In this document: positions 49,188 to 63,514 of the stretch, piece by piece
How positions within the stretch are numbered: the stretch's first letter is position 1
How the letters are laid out: every line of letters starts with the position of its first letter
NCBI GenBank assembly: GCA_000004695.1
Contig: CM000151.3
Span: 1,152,001 to 1,216,000 of the forward strand
DNA from: Dictyostelium discoideum
Lineage: Eukaryota
Reading direction: 5' to 3'
Length of the DNA stretch: 64,000 nt
Position numbers and translations under genes: made by a program
Notes under the pieces: generated by a model
What the model was told of the DNA's origin: nothing
Database searches by the model: none
The model's input: only the letters and a program-made list of their open reading frames with translations

Positions 49188-49953
49188 TTATTTTTTATTT
49201 TTTTTTGAACTAAAAATATCTACAAATTTCTCACCAGATTCTTCAGCCTTTTTCTTTAAAATATGATTAATCTTTTGTAGTTGATGAGTTTCACTCTTTG
49301 CTTTTTTACGAGGATTATTTTCTTTAGTATTCTTTTTGATTTTATACATTTCATCTATTGATAATTTTGGTTTTTCACCACGTTCTCTATCGAAACCTGT
49401 AAATTCTGGATAATAATCATCACCATATGATGAATGTTGATCAAGAAGTTTTCTCTTCAATTGTTCGTTATTTGTATCCAATGAAATTATATTATCTTCT
49501 TCATCAGAACTTGATGAATCTTCATTAAATCTTTTATCTTGTTCTTTCATATAATCTTTTTCATGTTGTTCATAATTTTCATCAGTATTTGGATATGCAT
49601 ATTCATCTTCATTTTCATCTTGATCTTCATCTTGATCTTGATCTTCATCTATTCTATCGAATATTTGTACTTTCATAATATTTTCTTCACCTGGTACTAT
49701 TAAATCATAAAGCTGTTCATCATCATCATCATCTTGCTCTACTTCACCCTCTTCTTTAATTTCAGTGAATCTACGTTGTTTATTTTCATACTCTTCATAG
49801 TTTGCATCAGTATTTGGATATGCGTATTCATCTTCATCATCATCACCATCATCATTATCATAAATATCAATCTGTTGTTGTTGTTGAGGTTTATCTTTTT
49901 TATCATCATTCTTTTTAACTAATTCACCATCATCATTATCATAAATATCAATC

Positions 49954-50035
<82 letters not shown>

Positions 50036-51332
50036 CTTTTTTATCATCATTCTTTTTAACTAATTCACCATCTTGATTAATAAATATTTTAACAGTTTCA
50101 TCAACTTTGCTATTTGAATTTTCATCACCTTCTTTACCAATTGGTTTGAATTCATTTGAATAATCATCTTTGCTACCAAAATAATTATTACTATTATTAT
50201 TATTATTTACAAGTTTATTCGATGTTGTTGTTGTGGTTGTGGTGGTGGAAGTAGAAGGAGTGGTGGTAGTTGTCTTTTTATTATTAATTTCACATACATA
50301 TTCTTCAGTATCTGAAAATATATTATCATCATCTTCTTCATCAATTATATCTTTATTTTTATTTTTAATATTAATATCTTTATTAATTGTTGTATTTTCC
50401 TTTATATTTTCTGAATCTGAATCTGAAAATATATTATCATGGACATCATCATCAGCATTTTTAATGCTATTATTATTATTGTTATTAATATTATTATTTG
50501 ATGTAGAATCTTTGAAAAATAAATTTTTATCAGGATGATAATAATTTGTGAACATTTTCAATAATGTATTATTAATTGGTGCAGCCATTGTTTGTTTAAT
50601 TTTTGGACAATCCTCTTTACTATTTAAAATTGTAGTTGGTATATGTTGTGGAAAATCTGGGTCTAAATCAAATAGATATAACATTCTACTAGTTTGAAAT
50701 ATTTCTTTATTATATTGTTTCTGTTGTTGTTGTTGTTGTTGCTGTTTAAATTTAGTCTCTTTATCCAAAGATTGTAATTGTTGTGCTAATATTAATTTCC
50801 CAATTTCTGATTTACATTTTATTTTTGATAATCTTTCTTTTTCTTTTTCTTTTTGATTTTGTTGCTGTAATTGTAATTGTTGTTGTTGTTGTTGTTGTAG
50901 TTGATCATTTCCTTGTGATGTTGGTTGTTGTTGTTGTTGTTGTTGTTGCTGTTGTTTTAATTGCTCTTTTGTTGTATATAGTAAATTAAAATCTAAACCT
51001 TTTTTTAAAGTTGTTTCACTATTATCTACATCATTACTGTTATCATTATTATTATTATTACTACTACTACTATTGCTATTACTGTTATCATCATCATTTT
51101 TATTTTGTCTTCTTTCTCTTGCTCTATCTTTATAATTTGGGTCTATCTTTTCTGGGGCTGTTTGATAATATTCATAGTCTCTATCTATCCATTTCTTTTT
51201 TTTAGGTTTATTGTTATTTTTATTATTATTATTATTATTATTAGTATTAGTATTTTCACTATTATTGCTTGATTGACCTAATAGATTTCGAAAATCTTGG
51301 TTTGATAATTGTTTATTACTATCATTATTCAT
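49188..51332 (-). CDS. RED / IK-cytokine-like spliceosomal protein, single exon, 714 aa
   Basis: The sequence is colinear with human IK/RED. The N-terminal motifs are LSNQDFRNLLGQ (human LTNEDFRKLLMTP) and YKDRARERRQN (human YRDRAKERRDG). The RED_N core includes KGLDFNLL and EIFQTSRMLYLFDLDPDFPQHIPTTILNSKEDCP (human ELFLPGRMAYVVDLDDEYADTDIPTTLIRSKADCP). A C-terminal acidic/Gln-rich region follows with (CAA)n-encoded poly-Q. Confidence 0.8.
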
Positions 51333-51797
51333 TCAATAATTTATGGTTTTGTGATTTTGGATAAAAATAAATTTAAATAAAAAAAAAATGTAAAAAAAAA
51401 AATAAAAAAAAAAAAAAAAAAATGTAAAAAAAAAATAAAAAATAAAAAAAAAATAAATAAAATAAAAATATTCAAATAATGGTGAAACTTCTTCTTTGTA
51501 AAAAAAAAAATAAAAAAATAAAAATAAAACTTAAAAACATAAAATTGAACTTTTGAAAAAAAAAAAAAAAAAATAAAAATAAAACTAAAATTATTACAAA
51601 ATATAAAAATGAACTTCAAAACATAAAAATGAACTTCAAAAAAAAATAAAACTTAATAATTTATTAATAAAAAATAATTTAACATCAGAAATTAATAATA
51701 TTATTATATTTTTTTTTTTGTTGAAGATATTTTTCCTTGGAAATATCTCAATACCATTTTTTCAAATCTTTTTAAAACCCGTTACCGTAAAATTTTC

Positions 51798-51832
<35 letters not shown>

Positions 51833-51889
51833 TTACTATTTACCGAGTGATGGGGTGTCGATAATAAAATAGGATAAGAAAAAAAAAGA

Positions 51890-54800
51890 ATGAAAACAAT
51901 ATCATTGCTTTTCTTTTTAATTATTTTTTTTTTTATAATAAAGAATATAAAATCAGAACAAACTGAAATTTATAGTTATAATTTCAATAATAATAATAAT
52001 AACATTAATAATATTAATAATAGTAATAATTTAATAAATATTTATTTAAGTTTAAGATTTGGAAATGATTCGTCAGGAAATGGAACTTTATCAAACCCAT
52101 TTCAAACTTTTTGTAAAATAGAATCCGTGTTAAAATCACAAAATAATAATAATTTAACAATAACAGTAAATGTTGGATATGGTCTTTATGATCAATCAAA
52201 TTGTATCTATTTTTCATTAGATAATATTAATTATGATATTATTATAAAATCTTATAATGATAGTAATAATATTGGCAATACTATGGAAAGTATTAGTATT
52301 GGTGGTAGTGATGGTAGTGATGGTAGTAGTAGTAGTAGTGATAATAATGAAATTATAGAAGGAAAAGTTTTAATTCATATTTATTTAAATATTATAAATT
52401 GTAAAATAATATTTAAAGGACCATCAATAACAATATATACGTCTGGATTGGAAGTATATAATAATAGTATAATTGAATTTTCAAATGGAGTTCTAGTGAA
52501 TTTTGGATATGAAGATTTTATACATCAAATGATAAGTTCAAAATTGATTTTAATAAATTCATCAATATCATATAATTCATATGGAGCATTAGTATTGGAT
52601 GATTGTATAATGGATATTTTAGATAATAGTACATTAAATAATATTACATTTAGTTTTAATCCAAATGAACTTTCGGCACCATTCAAGGGTATTAAATTTA
52701 CAAATAGTTTAGCGGTGAATTCAATGTTTGGAATGGGTACTTATGATTTAAATGTGACAAATTCAATTCTTCAAGATTGTGTCATAGAAAGCTCAGGTTT
52801 CACAACAATTAGTAGATCAAGAATTGAACAAACAATATCCAATAATTTAAATTTAATTCAAACAATTGATACCAATTCAATGATAAATTTATATGCAACA
52901 GTTTATACTAAAAGATTTGGTGCAAGACTTTTTATCAATCATACCAAAATAATAACATCACCAACAATAAATGCATTACCAATTTTAGAAGTGTATGCCA
53001 ATTCTTATACAAATATTGCAAATTCATTAATTAGTGGTTATCGTAAAACTACACCAATAATTTTAGCGGAAAATGGTGGTGATAGTTGTACAGTGGAGTT
53101 GAAGCATGTTCATATAGAGAATTGTATCTCTTCATCATTGGCGTCTTTAGCTATGAGTACATTGACGATGTATAATATTAGCTTTAAAAACAATTACCTT
53201 GACTCAATGGTGGTTGCAAATGATGCATCTTCTATAGAGTTAAGTGACACAGTAATAAAATGTGAAGATAACAATCAATTCCTTTCAACTATAACAATGC
53301 CAATTAATCCCAATAGTCCATACAGCCGTCCATTCTCTTCAAGAAGTACAGTGGTATTGAGTAATATGAACTTGCAATGTGTTGGTCCATTTGATTTTCA
53401 AAATTCAACAGTCACTTTTTTAAATATAACAATGTCATCATTATTTCAAAGTGCCTATGTTTCTCTATATTCAAATACTACTTTAGATGTCGCCACAAGT
53501 AGTTTCTCTTCAAGCTCGTATAATGGTGGTCAATTGTTTAGTTTGGGCGATAGTGGTATTTTGTATATTCTATATTGTAACTTTAATCAAAGTGCATCAT
53601 CAATAGTCCAAGGAAATGAAGGCTCAACTGCATTCATTGATTATTCAAATTTTTACAACATAAAATCCGATTACAATGCATTATTTGTTATTGCAAACTC
53701 ATCATTGATCATTTCAAATTGTTACTTTGAAAATATTCAAACCTCTCAAACAAGTTTAATCTCTGGTACCGATTCAATCATTTCCATTGAAAATACCACA
53801 TTGAAACGTATTGGTGTCTATTTAATGGAAACGTCAGATTGTAAAATCTTTATCACTGACGTTACAATGACCAATTGCTTTACATTAATGAATAAGTTAT
53901 TCATTTCTGTACGTGACCATATCACAATTCATTCTTCAAGATTTATAGATAATCATGGATATGGTGGTACACTAATTTCAACATATTCCAGTACAATCAT
54001 CTTTTCTGTTGTTGAATTTAATGGTAATTCATTCACTCCACTACTAAGCTCATTAGGATCAAGTGTTTATCTTACAAATGTCACCTATTACAATAATTCA
54101 GGTTCATTCATTGGTAGTACTAGTGATTTGGTTGAAATTAATCAATTCCAATATGAAAATAATAAAGCACCTTGTGATTATCTATTCAGTTTATCTGGTT
54201 CCTCACCTGTGATCATGAAATCCATAACCATAGAAAATAATTACTTTTCACAATACCTCATTTTCTTTACAGAAGTACATGGTATAGAAATTTCCAATTT
54301 CCAATTCATTAACAATATTGTAGTTTCAGTTAATTCACCATCACCATTCTTTGGAATTGGTTATTTTAATGCAACTTTACAATTTACTTTATGTTCCAAT
54401 ATTTCTATAGATGGTCTTAGAGTAGAAAACAATTCAATAGGGTCTGTGTTTTTATCAAATTATCTTTCTGATTTGGTTTTAAATAATTTATTCATCTCTT
54501 CAAATACATTCTCTGATAAATTTGGTGACTTTTTAAAAAGTTCAAATTCAAGTCTAATAATTGAATCTTCAGATTTTCAAAATAACATTAATAGTATTGA
54601 CTCGGTTTTATTGTCAATCATTGATACTAATACTACAATTGATGATTGTATTTTCTTTGGAAATCAAAATCCAAATGGTATTGGATCGGTATTAAATTTG
54701 GCAATAGAAAACCAACTTTATTACTTTACAATTATCAATTCATTATTTGATTCAAATTTTGCTTTAAATGGTGGAGTATTTGGCTTTACTGGTATTTCAG

Positions 54801-56028
54801 ATTACAATGAAGATGCATTTATTAATCCATTATCTAAATTCAATAATAATACTTTTAAAAACAATTTTGCATCTCAAAAAGGTGGTGTAATCTATACTGA
54901 TTACTTTACATTTTCAAATAATATTTCAAATATTTTAAATTTAAATAATTTTGAAAATAATACTTCATTACTTGGTCCAAATTTTTCATCTGGTATGTAG
55001 TAAATAATTTTATTATTATTATTAAAATTTAAAATATATTATTAACTTTTTTTAAAATTTATTTATTAGAAATGAACTTTAATATTATTGAATTTTCAAA
55101 TTTACCAGATGGTTCAACAGCAATAATTAAATATAGATTTATTGATTATTATAATAATACATTTACACTTTATTCAGATGAATTAAATTTTAAAATTATT
55201 AGAAATTCAAATGATGATCAAATAATTTATGAAAATAATGTAATGGCAGGTCAAGGTAGTTTTTTTTATAATTTTCTTGGAAAAGCTGGTGAAAAGTATA
55301 CTTTTGAATTTAATAATCCATTCAGTTTTAATCAAACCTTTTTCGTTGGCGATTGTTTACCATACCAAATCTATTTAAATTCAAGTGAAACTTGTTCATA
55401 TTGTCAAAATAATTATGCATATAGTCAATCATATGGAAAATGCTATTCATGTGATTCAGAAATAATGACATGTTTAACCTCAACTGTATTTGCAATCGAT
55501 GGTTATTATATAGTGAATAATGATGTTTCAATGGTTGAACAATGTCCATTGGATATGTGTCTTTCTTATAATCTTTGTACATCAAATTCTAGTTTTGGTG
55601 ATTTATGCTTTAGTTGTAAAGATGAATATGGTAATTTAGTTCAAACAAAGAATGGTATAAGATGTTGCTCACATTTTAAACCAATACTTTTAATACCAAT
55701 TTTAGCATTCCATTTACTATTTTCATTAGTATTATCATTAATTAAACACAATAGTTTTAGAATACCAATTAATCAAATTATAATATTCCTTCAAATTAAT
55801 TCAGTAGTATTCTTTTCATATAGTGGTATTTACATTTTACCATTATTCAGAATGTCAGTAGATATGTTAGATGGTTATTGTCTATGGGAAGGTTTAAATT
55901 ATAATTTCAAAAGTTTTTTATCATTTTCAATTATAATTTCATTATTTTTAATTGATTCAACTGATATTACACCTTCAATTTTAATTAAAATTTATAAAAT
56001 AATTTTATCATCATCAACATTTTACAAA

Positions 56029-56082
<54 letters not shown>

Positions 56083-56907
56083 CATTTCAAAAATAATAAA
56101 AATATAAATATAAATAGTAGTAATAGTATTTCAATAACAAAATCAATTGAAAAAGAAATATTAATTGAAAAAAGGTATCCAAATTTTTTAAAAGTAATTA
56201 TTAAAAATAAGACATTTGATGAAAGATCAGAATCAAATATTTATTATTGGAAATCTATTTGGTCATTATTTCAATTATTTGTAATTCCATTGGCATTCAG
56301 TGCAATATCATCAGTAATATCAAAACAAATTAATGGTGTAAATTATTTATCAGTAGATTTTTCAATCAATTATAATCAATCAAATTCAAATCAAGCTTGT
56401 ATTATAATTTCAATCATTATTTTCATGATACTGTTGATAGTATTATTCATGCAATTAATATTATTATTGACATTTAATTATGGTAATCAATTATTTAAAA
56501 ATAGAATTACACTTTATCTTCACAAGATTCAACAAACATTAAACTATAAAGAAGGTCTTAAATGGTTTGATCTCGTTATAAACCTAAAGTCTATACTTTT
56601 TTGTATCCTATCGGTCACTATGTTATTTAAAATGCAATTCTATACCGCTGCAACCATTCCAGTTCAAATCGTTTATTCTATAATTTATCTACTTGTAAAT
56701 CCAATTAAAAAAGTTCCTTCAAGAGATCCAAACAACTATATAAACCTATTACTATTAATAATATTTGTTGTTGCAAATTCAAATTTTCTACAATTAAAAT
56801 CAATCTTTAATCAAGGTTTAGCAATAACTTGTCTTTCATTCTTTTTTGTTTTTATTTTAATTATTTTCGTATTTTTATTTGATGGTAAAAAAAATAAAAA
56901 AAATTAA
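51890..56907 (+). CDS. Large membrane protein with signal peptide, a Pmp-type (polymorphic outer-membrane-protein repeat) parallel beta-helix ectodomain, a Cys-rich linker and a multi-pass TM region. About 1646 aa. Two exons: 51890..54992 and 55070..56907.
   Basis: The signal peptide is MKTISLLFFLIIFFFIIKNIKS. Short beta-helix rungs repeat with FxxN / GGxI motifs (FKNNFASQKGGVIYTDYFTF, FQNNIN, FENN). The intron is 54993..55069 (TCTG|GTATGT...TTATTAG, phase 1). Exon 2 holds a Cys-rich segment (CLPYQIY..CSYCQNNY..CYSCDSE..CPLDMC..CFSCKDE..CCSHF) followed by at least 7 hydrophobic helices. This is a known Dictyostelium-expanded architecture. Confidence 0.7.
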
Positions 56908-57396
56908 AAATTAAAAAAAAAAGAATATGATAAAAAATAAATTGTTTATTTGATGATAGTAATTCATTATTATCACTAATATGAATTATACATTTAAATT
57001 AATATCATAAATTTTTTTTTTTTTTTTTTTATAAAAAAAGACATTTCCCCAAGATTTATTTCAAAACAAAAAAACCAGAAAATGTCTTTTTTTAATTTAT
57101 GGTTAATGCTTTCTCAAATAATTGAGCACAAAGACTTTAAAAAGCCGGTGCCTTCATGACAAACCATGGTCATGATCCTACTAAATGGTCAATTTAATCA
57201 ATATTTAATATAAAATAAATGAAATAAAAAAATGCAAAACATAAATATAAATAAGTAAATAAAAGACATAAATAAAACAAATATTTATTCCATAACTTGT
57301 ATATCTCATTCCATGTTTTTTTAATTTCTTTTTAAAAAGGTTTTTATTTTTTAGTTTATTTATTTATTTTTTATTTTTTATTTTTTTTTAAAAGTG

Positions 57397-58102
57397 TTAC
57401 CTTTTTGTTTTTGGTGTTGTTTTAGAAGAAGAAGAGGATGTTGTGGTGGTTGTTGTTGCTGCTGGAGGGGATGATTTTTGGAGTAAATGAGCAGGAGGTG
57501 GATGGGGAACATCAATAATTTTGTAAACTTCAAGATTGACGATAAAGCAATTGTCAACCAAGAAACCATTATTAGGATCTTCTAAAATTGATTTTTTAAT
57601 GACAGTTGTTTCACCATAACCATAGTTATACATCACTTGACTACTGTTATTTAATAATTCATTATCCCAATAAACTCTAATACTCTTTTTTGGATCAACA
57701 TTTAATAATTCAATACCAAATGAAATTATGATTGATTCATTCTCTTTCTTACATTTGTTTAAGTAAAATGATAAATAATCCTTCTCATTTTCAGTTTCAC
57801 CATTTATAAACAACTCTGAATAGAATTTATATTTACCTATAGTATGATTGTGTTTGATTGATACACCAACACCATGTCTAGCATTTAACTTTGTAAAATC
57901 TTTAAATAAAATTTGGTTCCTAAAAATTGTATTACTTCTATCAACCATAGCCATTTTATCATCATCATCATTTACTTTATCTTCACTTCCCATTTTAACA
58001 TCACCATTATCATTGATTTTACCATTTTCATTTTTACTATTATTGTCATTACTATCTTCAACATTTTCTCTATTTCTATCCTTTTTGATATCATATACAT
58101 TT

Positions 58103-58197
<95 letters not shown>

Positions 58198-59121
58198 TGT
58201 ATCTTCTACACTTTTAATGTTGTTGTTTTTGTTATCTTCACTTTCATTACTATCTTCATTTTCTTTATTTTTTTTAATATCTTCTAAAATGTCATTAGTT
58301 GGTTCTGTATCATTTGAAGTGTTTATATTACTATTTTCTTTTTCATTTTCTTTTTCATTTACATTTGCATTTGCATTTTCATTTTCATTTTCATTTTCAT
58401 TTTCATTTTCATTTTCATTTTCATTTTCATTTTCATTTTCATTTCCATTTCCATTTTGATTTTTTTGTTCTTGTTCTTTTCCTTGTTTTAATAATGATTT
58501 AGTTGGGCTAGAAGACTCAACTATTGATTCAATTATTTTTGTTTCAATTGATTCTTTTATATTTGTTTCATTTTCTTTATCAGTAGTAATTTCTGGCTCT
58601 ATCATAGAGTTAGATAAAACTTTTAGTGAGCTTATTGTTGAATTTTCTGTTGAATTTAGGATTGAAAATGATTCTGTTGTTTCTAAACCATCTTTTCCTT
58701 TTTCTTCAACTTTTTCTGATGTCCTAAGGGTTATAGTTTCTGTTGAATTTACTGTTTCTGCTGCTGTAGTTATTGTTGTAGTTGTTGTTGTAGTTGTTGT
58801 TGTTGTTTCCGCTGTATTATTGGATTCTTCTGTGGATTCTGATGCAGTTGCTTCTGTTGTTTCCGCTGTTGTAGTTGTGGATGTTGTTTCATTTATATCA
58901 GTCATTGATGCTTCATTATTAGTACCATTTAATATGGTATGGGTACTAGTAGTATTTGAGTTATTGGTTGCAGTGGCGGCAGTAATATTATCATCATCAT
59001 TATTTTTATTATTATTATTATTATTTTCATTAATATTATTATTAATATTTTCATTAATATTTTCCATTTGAATATCATTAGTAATAGTTGTATTTTGTGG
59101 TGGTAGTGGTGTTGGTGGTGG

Positions 59122-59179
<58 letters not shown>

Positions 59180-60424
59180 CGTATTAAAGTTGGAATTGCA
59201 ATTGTTTCTTGTGATTTATTAAATATAAATTCACCAACGATTTGTGGTTCTTCTAAATCGAAATCATCCTCATCATCATCAAAAACCAAGTTATCAACAT
59301 CAGTTTTATTTGGTGATGTTATCATTGCATTATCTCCATTCACCTGATATGGTTCTACGTTATAATTTTTTCTAATCTCCTCTATAACACTATTTATATC
59401 AAATTGTTGAGATTTTATTTTAATAAGTTCTATTTGTTCTTTTATAAAACTGTTTATATTATTTTCTGCTTTATTTTCATTAATATTATTTTCATTATCA
59501 CTATTGCCAACAATATCAATATTTTCATTTTCGTTTGTATTTTCATTTGTATTTTCATTTTCATTTGTATTTTTATTATTATTATTATTATTACTATTAC
59601 TATTTTTATAATTATCAAAATTTGAAATGATATCAATTGTATTTGAAATATAATCCTCCAATTCATCAAATTCATGTAAACCAATGAAAGAATTATCAAC
59701 TCTTTTAATGATTTCAGTTAATTGTGATATCTTTTGATTTTTATTCTTTATTAAATATTTTTGAATGTTTACGATTGTATCTAAATCAATGAATTTCTTT
59801 GATAAATGATTCTCGATGAAATTATGTAACTCTTTGATATCTTGATTCTGTTCTTCGATTATTTTCGACATATATTGAGAATGATGATTCGCTGTAACCA
59901 AATGTTTGGACATATTGTATCTTTTTAATTTCTTTTGACAACCACCAGCAACATAGACACAATCAATTACTGATTCTGGACAATTTGATTCCTTATGTTC
60001 TTGTATATACTTTTTCTTGAATACATGTTTGCAATCTTCACATTTTATTGGTATATCACTACACCATTCCGATAAATGAATTTCGTGGTCGATTCTATTG
60101 ATTAATTCATTACAATGCTCACATGTTATAGTTTGATATAAACATTGTTCATCATGTTCATCCAATAAACTCTTATTAATCTTTCCACATCTCTTTAATA
60201 GTTTTTCATCAATTTGTGGATTTGCACGAATGAAATCATCATAATTTTTACAATCTGTATAAGTCAATGGACATTCCTTTATATGTTTTTCATATTCATC
60301 AACTCTAATTATCTCTTTACATCCATTCTCTTCATCAATTGTAAAATTTTTTGTTTCATAATATCTATTTTTACAATAAACCTAATAATAATAATAAAAT
60401 AAATGATAAAAGTTAATTAAATTT

Positions 60425-60456
<32 letters not shown>

Positions 60457-60813
60457 TACTTTATTAGCAGATATTTTTTGAGCAATATAAAGATTTAAAG
60501 ATAAATCTTTTATTGAAGATACTGGTACTTTGCATTGAAGACAATTTTTTCTAAGTTTTAAATGTTGTTCCCAACATTGTAAACATTTGGTATGACCATT
60601 TTTACATTGTAATGCCTTGAATTTTTCTGGATTAAAATTATTTATTAATAATTCGCCACAATCTGGGCAATAATATTTCTTTGATATTGAATCTTTTTCA
60701 ACTAATAATTTTATTATTGGTATATCCATTGTGAAATTTGAAAATAAAAAATAAAAAAAAAAAATAAAAAAAAAAAAAAAAATAAAAATAAAAAAAATTA
60801 TTTTCAAAAACAA
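57397..60813 (-). CDS. TRAF-like protein: RING finger + TRAF-type zinc fingers + coiled coil + long low-complexity region + C-terminal MATH domain. About 1112 aa. Two exons: 60813..60460 and 60381..57397.
   Basis: Exon 1 carries a C3HC4 RING (CPDCGELL..CKNGHTKCLQCWEQHLKLRKNCLQCKVP) and ends at AAA|GTAAAA. Exon 2 starts at TTATTAG|GTTTATTGT (phase 0). It holds TRAF zinc fingers (CKEIIRVDEYEKHIKECP..YTDCKNYDD..CLYQTITCEHCNELINRIDHEIH..CEDCKHVFKKKYIQEH..CPESVIDCVYVAGGCQKKLKRYNMSKH). After poly-Q/N/T/E tracts comes a MATH/TRAF-C domain (..KLNARHGVGVSIKHNHTIGKYKFYSELFINGET..DYLSFYLNKC..GFLVDNCFIVNLEVYKI). Confidence 0.75.
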
Positions 60814-61659
60814 TTTATTTATTTTTTTTATTAATATTTTTATTATTATAATTTAAACCGCTTTTTTAAATATCTATAGAATCTTGATTTTAAGTTGGAA
60901 TTGGTTCATTTTTTTTTTTTTTTTTATTTATTTATTTCATAAAGTCCAACATTCCATAAAAAATTTTAAAAAAAAAAATGTTTTTTTTTTTTTTTGAACA
61001 GGTGGTAGAAAAAAAAAAAGAACTGTTATTTTTAAATTTTTTGTGGAGAGAAAATAAAAAAAAAAATAAATATAAATAAAAAAATAAAACGCTGTTTCAA
61101 TTTTTTTTTATTTTTTTGTTTGGTTTAAACAATGAATTTTTTTTATTATTTTTTATTTTGTTGTTTGATTTTAATTTGATTTATTTCATCTTATTTTTAT
61201 TTGTTTATTTATTTATTTTGAAATAAAAAAAAATAAAAAAAAAAAATTTTATTATATATTAAAATTTTGAAATTTTAAAATTAAAATTTCTGTTACATTG
61301 GACCTATCTATGAATTAATTATAAGTAACTCTACATTTTTTAAAAAGATCGAGTTATCTGGGAATAAATCGAATTGTTTCAAAAAAAGTTTTTTTTTTTT
61401 TTTAATATAATGAATGACTTAAAAAACAAAATTTTTAAATAATATCAAACAATATTTGTTAAGACCTATTGTAGAATTAAATTTAGAATGTAATTATAGA
61501 GAAATAAATAAAATATAAAAAAATGAACTTTGAAAAAAAAAGAAATTTCAAAAAAAACAAAACAATTTTGTTTGAATACATAAAAAAAATATACAATTGT
61601 GAATAAATCATAAAATTGAAAAATAAAAAATAATATGGCCAATGAAATTTTTTTCGATA

Positions 61660-61730
61660 AATACAGCTTTTCCCGAATAACTCGATCTTTTCCCGAATAA
61701 CTCTATCTTTTCCCGAATAACTCGATCTTT
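61660..61730. repeat. Three tandem copies of a 21-bp unit (cttttcccgaataactcgat) with an inverted partial copy at about 61345-61365
   Basis: cagcttttcccgaataactcgatcttttcccgaataactctatcttttcccgaataactcgatcttt. The upstream sequence aaagatcgagttatctggg is the reverse complement with 2 mismatches. Each unit contains TTCCCGAA, which is a TTC-N3-GAA palindromic half-site arrangement. Confidence 0.8.
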
Positions 61731-62215
61731 TTCAAAAAAAAATTTTTTTTTTTCAAGATTAATTCAATTATTCACTGATAGGTCTTTTGTTGGGTATTTA
61801 TTTAATTTAGAAATTAAAAATTAGTAAAATTAATAAAAAGAAGATTTTTTTTTAAAAAATCTACAAAGGTTGAGTCAAAAATATAAAAAAATAAAAAAAA
61901 ATAAAAAACCATAAAATTTTAAAAAAAGATATTTTTTGTATAAAATAAAAAACAGATTTTTTTTTTTTTTGATATTTTCCAATGATGATGTAATTTAAAA
62001 TTAAAAAAGATATTTTTTTTAAAAAAAAAAATCTCAGTAAAAAAAGTCATAGATTTTTTTGTTTTTTCCAAAAAAAAAAAATAAACTTGAATATTAAGGG
62101 AAAACTAAATAAAATGAAAATCCATTAAAAAATAAGTTTAGGATATGAGTAGAAATTAATTAATCAATTTTAATAGAAAAAAACTTTTTTACTAGAATGT
62201 ATTAAAATAAAAAGT

Positions 62216-63418
62216 TTATTCATTTTGAATTATGTACAGGCCACGGTCATTAATTTGATTTATTGATTTAACATCAAGAGGATGTTTAAAGGAAGGGGAA
62301 CGACCCACAAATGAAACAGTGTTTGGGATAGAATCTTTTTCAAGTGGTTGAACTATATTATAGAAAAACACCTCTTTAACTGATTTTGGAATTATTCCCT
62401 TTGTAATTTTTTGACTAAATCCATCACAAAAGAAGAGTGTATCTACAGTTTCAGGAATTGAAGCCTCAGTCAATTGAAGACCAATGTTAAAAAGGTAAAG
62501 TGATCTAACAGTTTTTGGTAATGATATTAATGATTGATTAAATCCATTGGGCAATAATAATCTTTTGGTTGATTTTGGCATGGTTTTAGGTAGACGCTGT
62601 CCCTCTCCAATTGCAAGAGATTCTGTATCATCTGGTATACTATCACCATCATTGTAAACTGTAAATATAAATTTACCCCATCTGTATCTTGACAACTGTT
62701 TTAGAGGTGAATGTTCATTAGTAGGAGGCAATTGTCCATGGTATTTATCAATACTAATTATTAAATTAAACAAATCTTTAATTGAATTAAATGATGACTC
62801 TGAAATGGTAACCTTTGAACTTGAATAATCTGGCAAATCACTAAAATGACATGTCAAAATCTTTTTACTTTGATATGAATCTTTAATGATTTGAATGTGT
62901 TTATCATTTAAATTTTGGCTTTCATCAATGAAATTATAATCATTTTTTAGACTTATTACTTTTGATAAAACTTTTAATTCTTCCTTGACTTTTGTGTTGA
63001 AAACATCATTAATATCAGTATTTTCATCTAAATTTGTAATTAATTGTTGATTTAAATTATTTTCAACAGTTTGCAAAATTGTATGTAATTTCATAATTTG
63101 GCCACTGATAATTTGTAAATTTGATTTATGTTTTTCTTTAATTTCTTCATATTTTGTTAAATTACCTTTAAGTAAATCTTGATTGTTTTTTATTAATTCA
63201 TCAATTTTTGGTATTGTTTTTTCATTCATTTCTTTTAAAATTGGTAAAACACTTTCATCATCGATTTCTATAATATCATGACCAAAGTGAATACCCTTTA
63301 AAACCACACACTTATTGCAAGCAGGTGAAAATTTACATGAAGTGCAAATAAATGTTATTTCCTGTGTTGAATGAATGAGACAAAATGTATTTTGTTCATT
63401 TTCAACTTCTTTATTCAT
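62216..63418 (-). CDS. B-box zinc finger + coiled coil + FNIP-repeat protein, single exon, 400 aa; paralogue of 31612..33141
   Basis: The B-box is CLIHSTQEITFICTSCKFSPACNKCVVLKGIHFGHD. A central coiled coil follows. C-terminal FNIP repeats read LPNGFNQSLISLPKTVRSLYLFN and CDGFSQKITKGIIPKSVKEVFFYN. The architecture and motif order match 31612..33141. Confidence 0.75.
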   Translation of the reverse strand: MNKEVENEQNTFCLIHSTQEITFICTSCKFSPACNKCVVLKGIHFGHDIIEIDDESVLPILKEMNEKTIPKIDELIKNNQDLLKGNLTKYEEIKEKHKSNLQIISGQIMKLHTILQTVENNLNQQLITNLDENTDINDVFNTKVKEELKVLSKVISLKNDYNFIDESQNLNDKHIQIIKDSYQSKKILTCHFSDLPDYSSSKVTISESSFNSIKDLFNLIISIDKYHGQLPPTNEHSPLKQLSRYRWGKFIFTVYNDGDSIPDDTESLAIGEGQRLPKTMPKSTKRLLLPNGFNQSLISLPKTVRSLYLFNIGLQLTEASIPETVDTLFFCDGFSQKITKGIIPKSVKEVFFYNIVQPLEKDSIPNTVSFVGRSPSFKHPLDVKSINQINDRGLYIIQNE

Positions 63419-63481
63419 TTTTTAACTTTAGGAAAAAAAAAAAAATTAATGCACAAAAAAAATAAATATATATAAAGTGTT

Positions 63482-63514
<33 letters not shown>

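Noticed and set aside
57848-58502. Plus-strand ORFs of 203, 124 and 67 aa full of poly-L, poly-I or FHFHFH
   Set aside because: They are antisense read-through of the (AAT)n / (GAA AAT) low-complexity region of the TRAF-like gene. These are simple-sequence artefacts.
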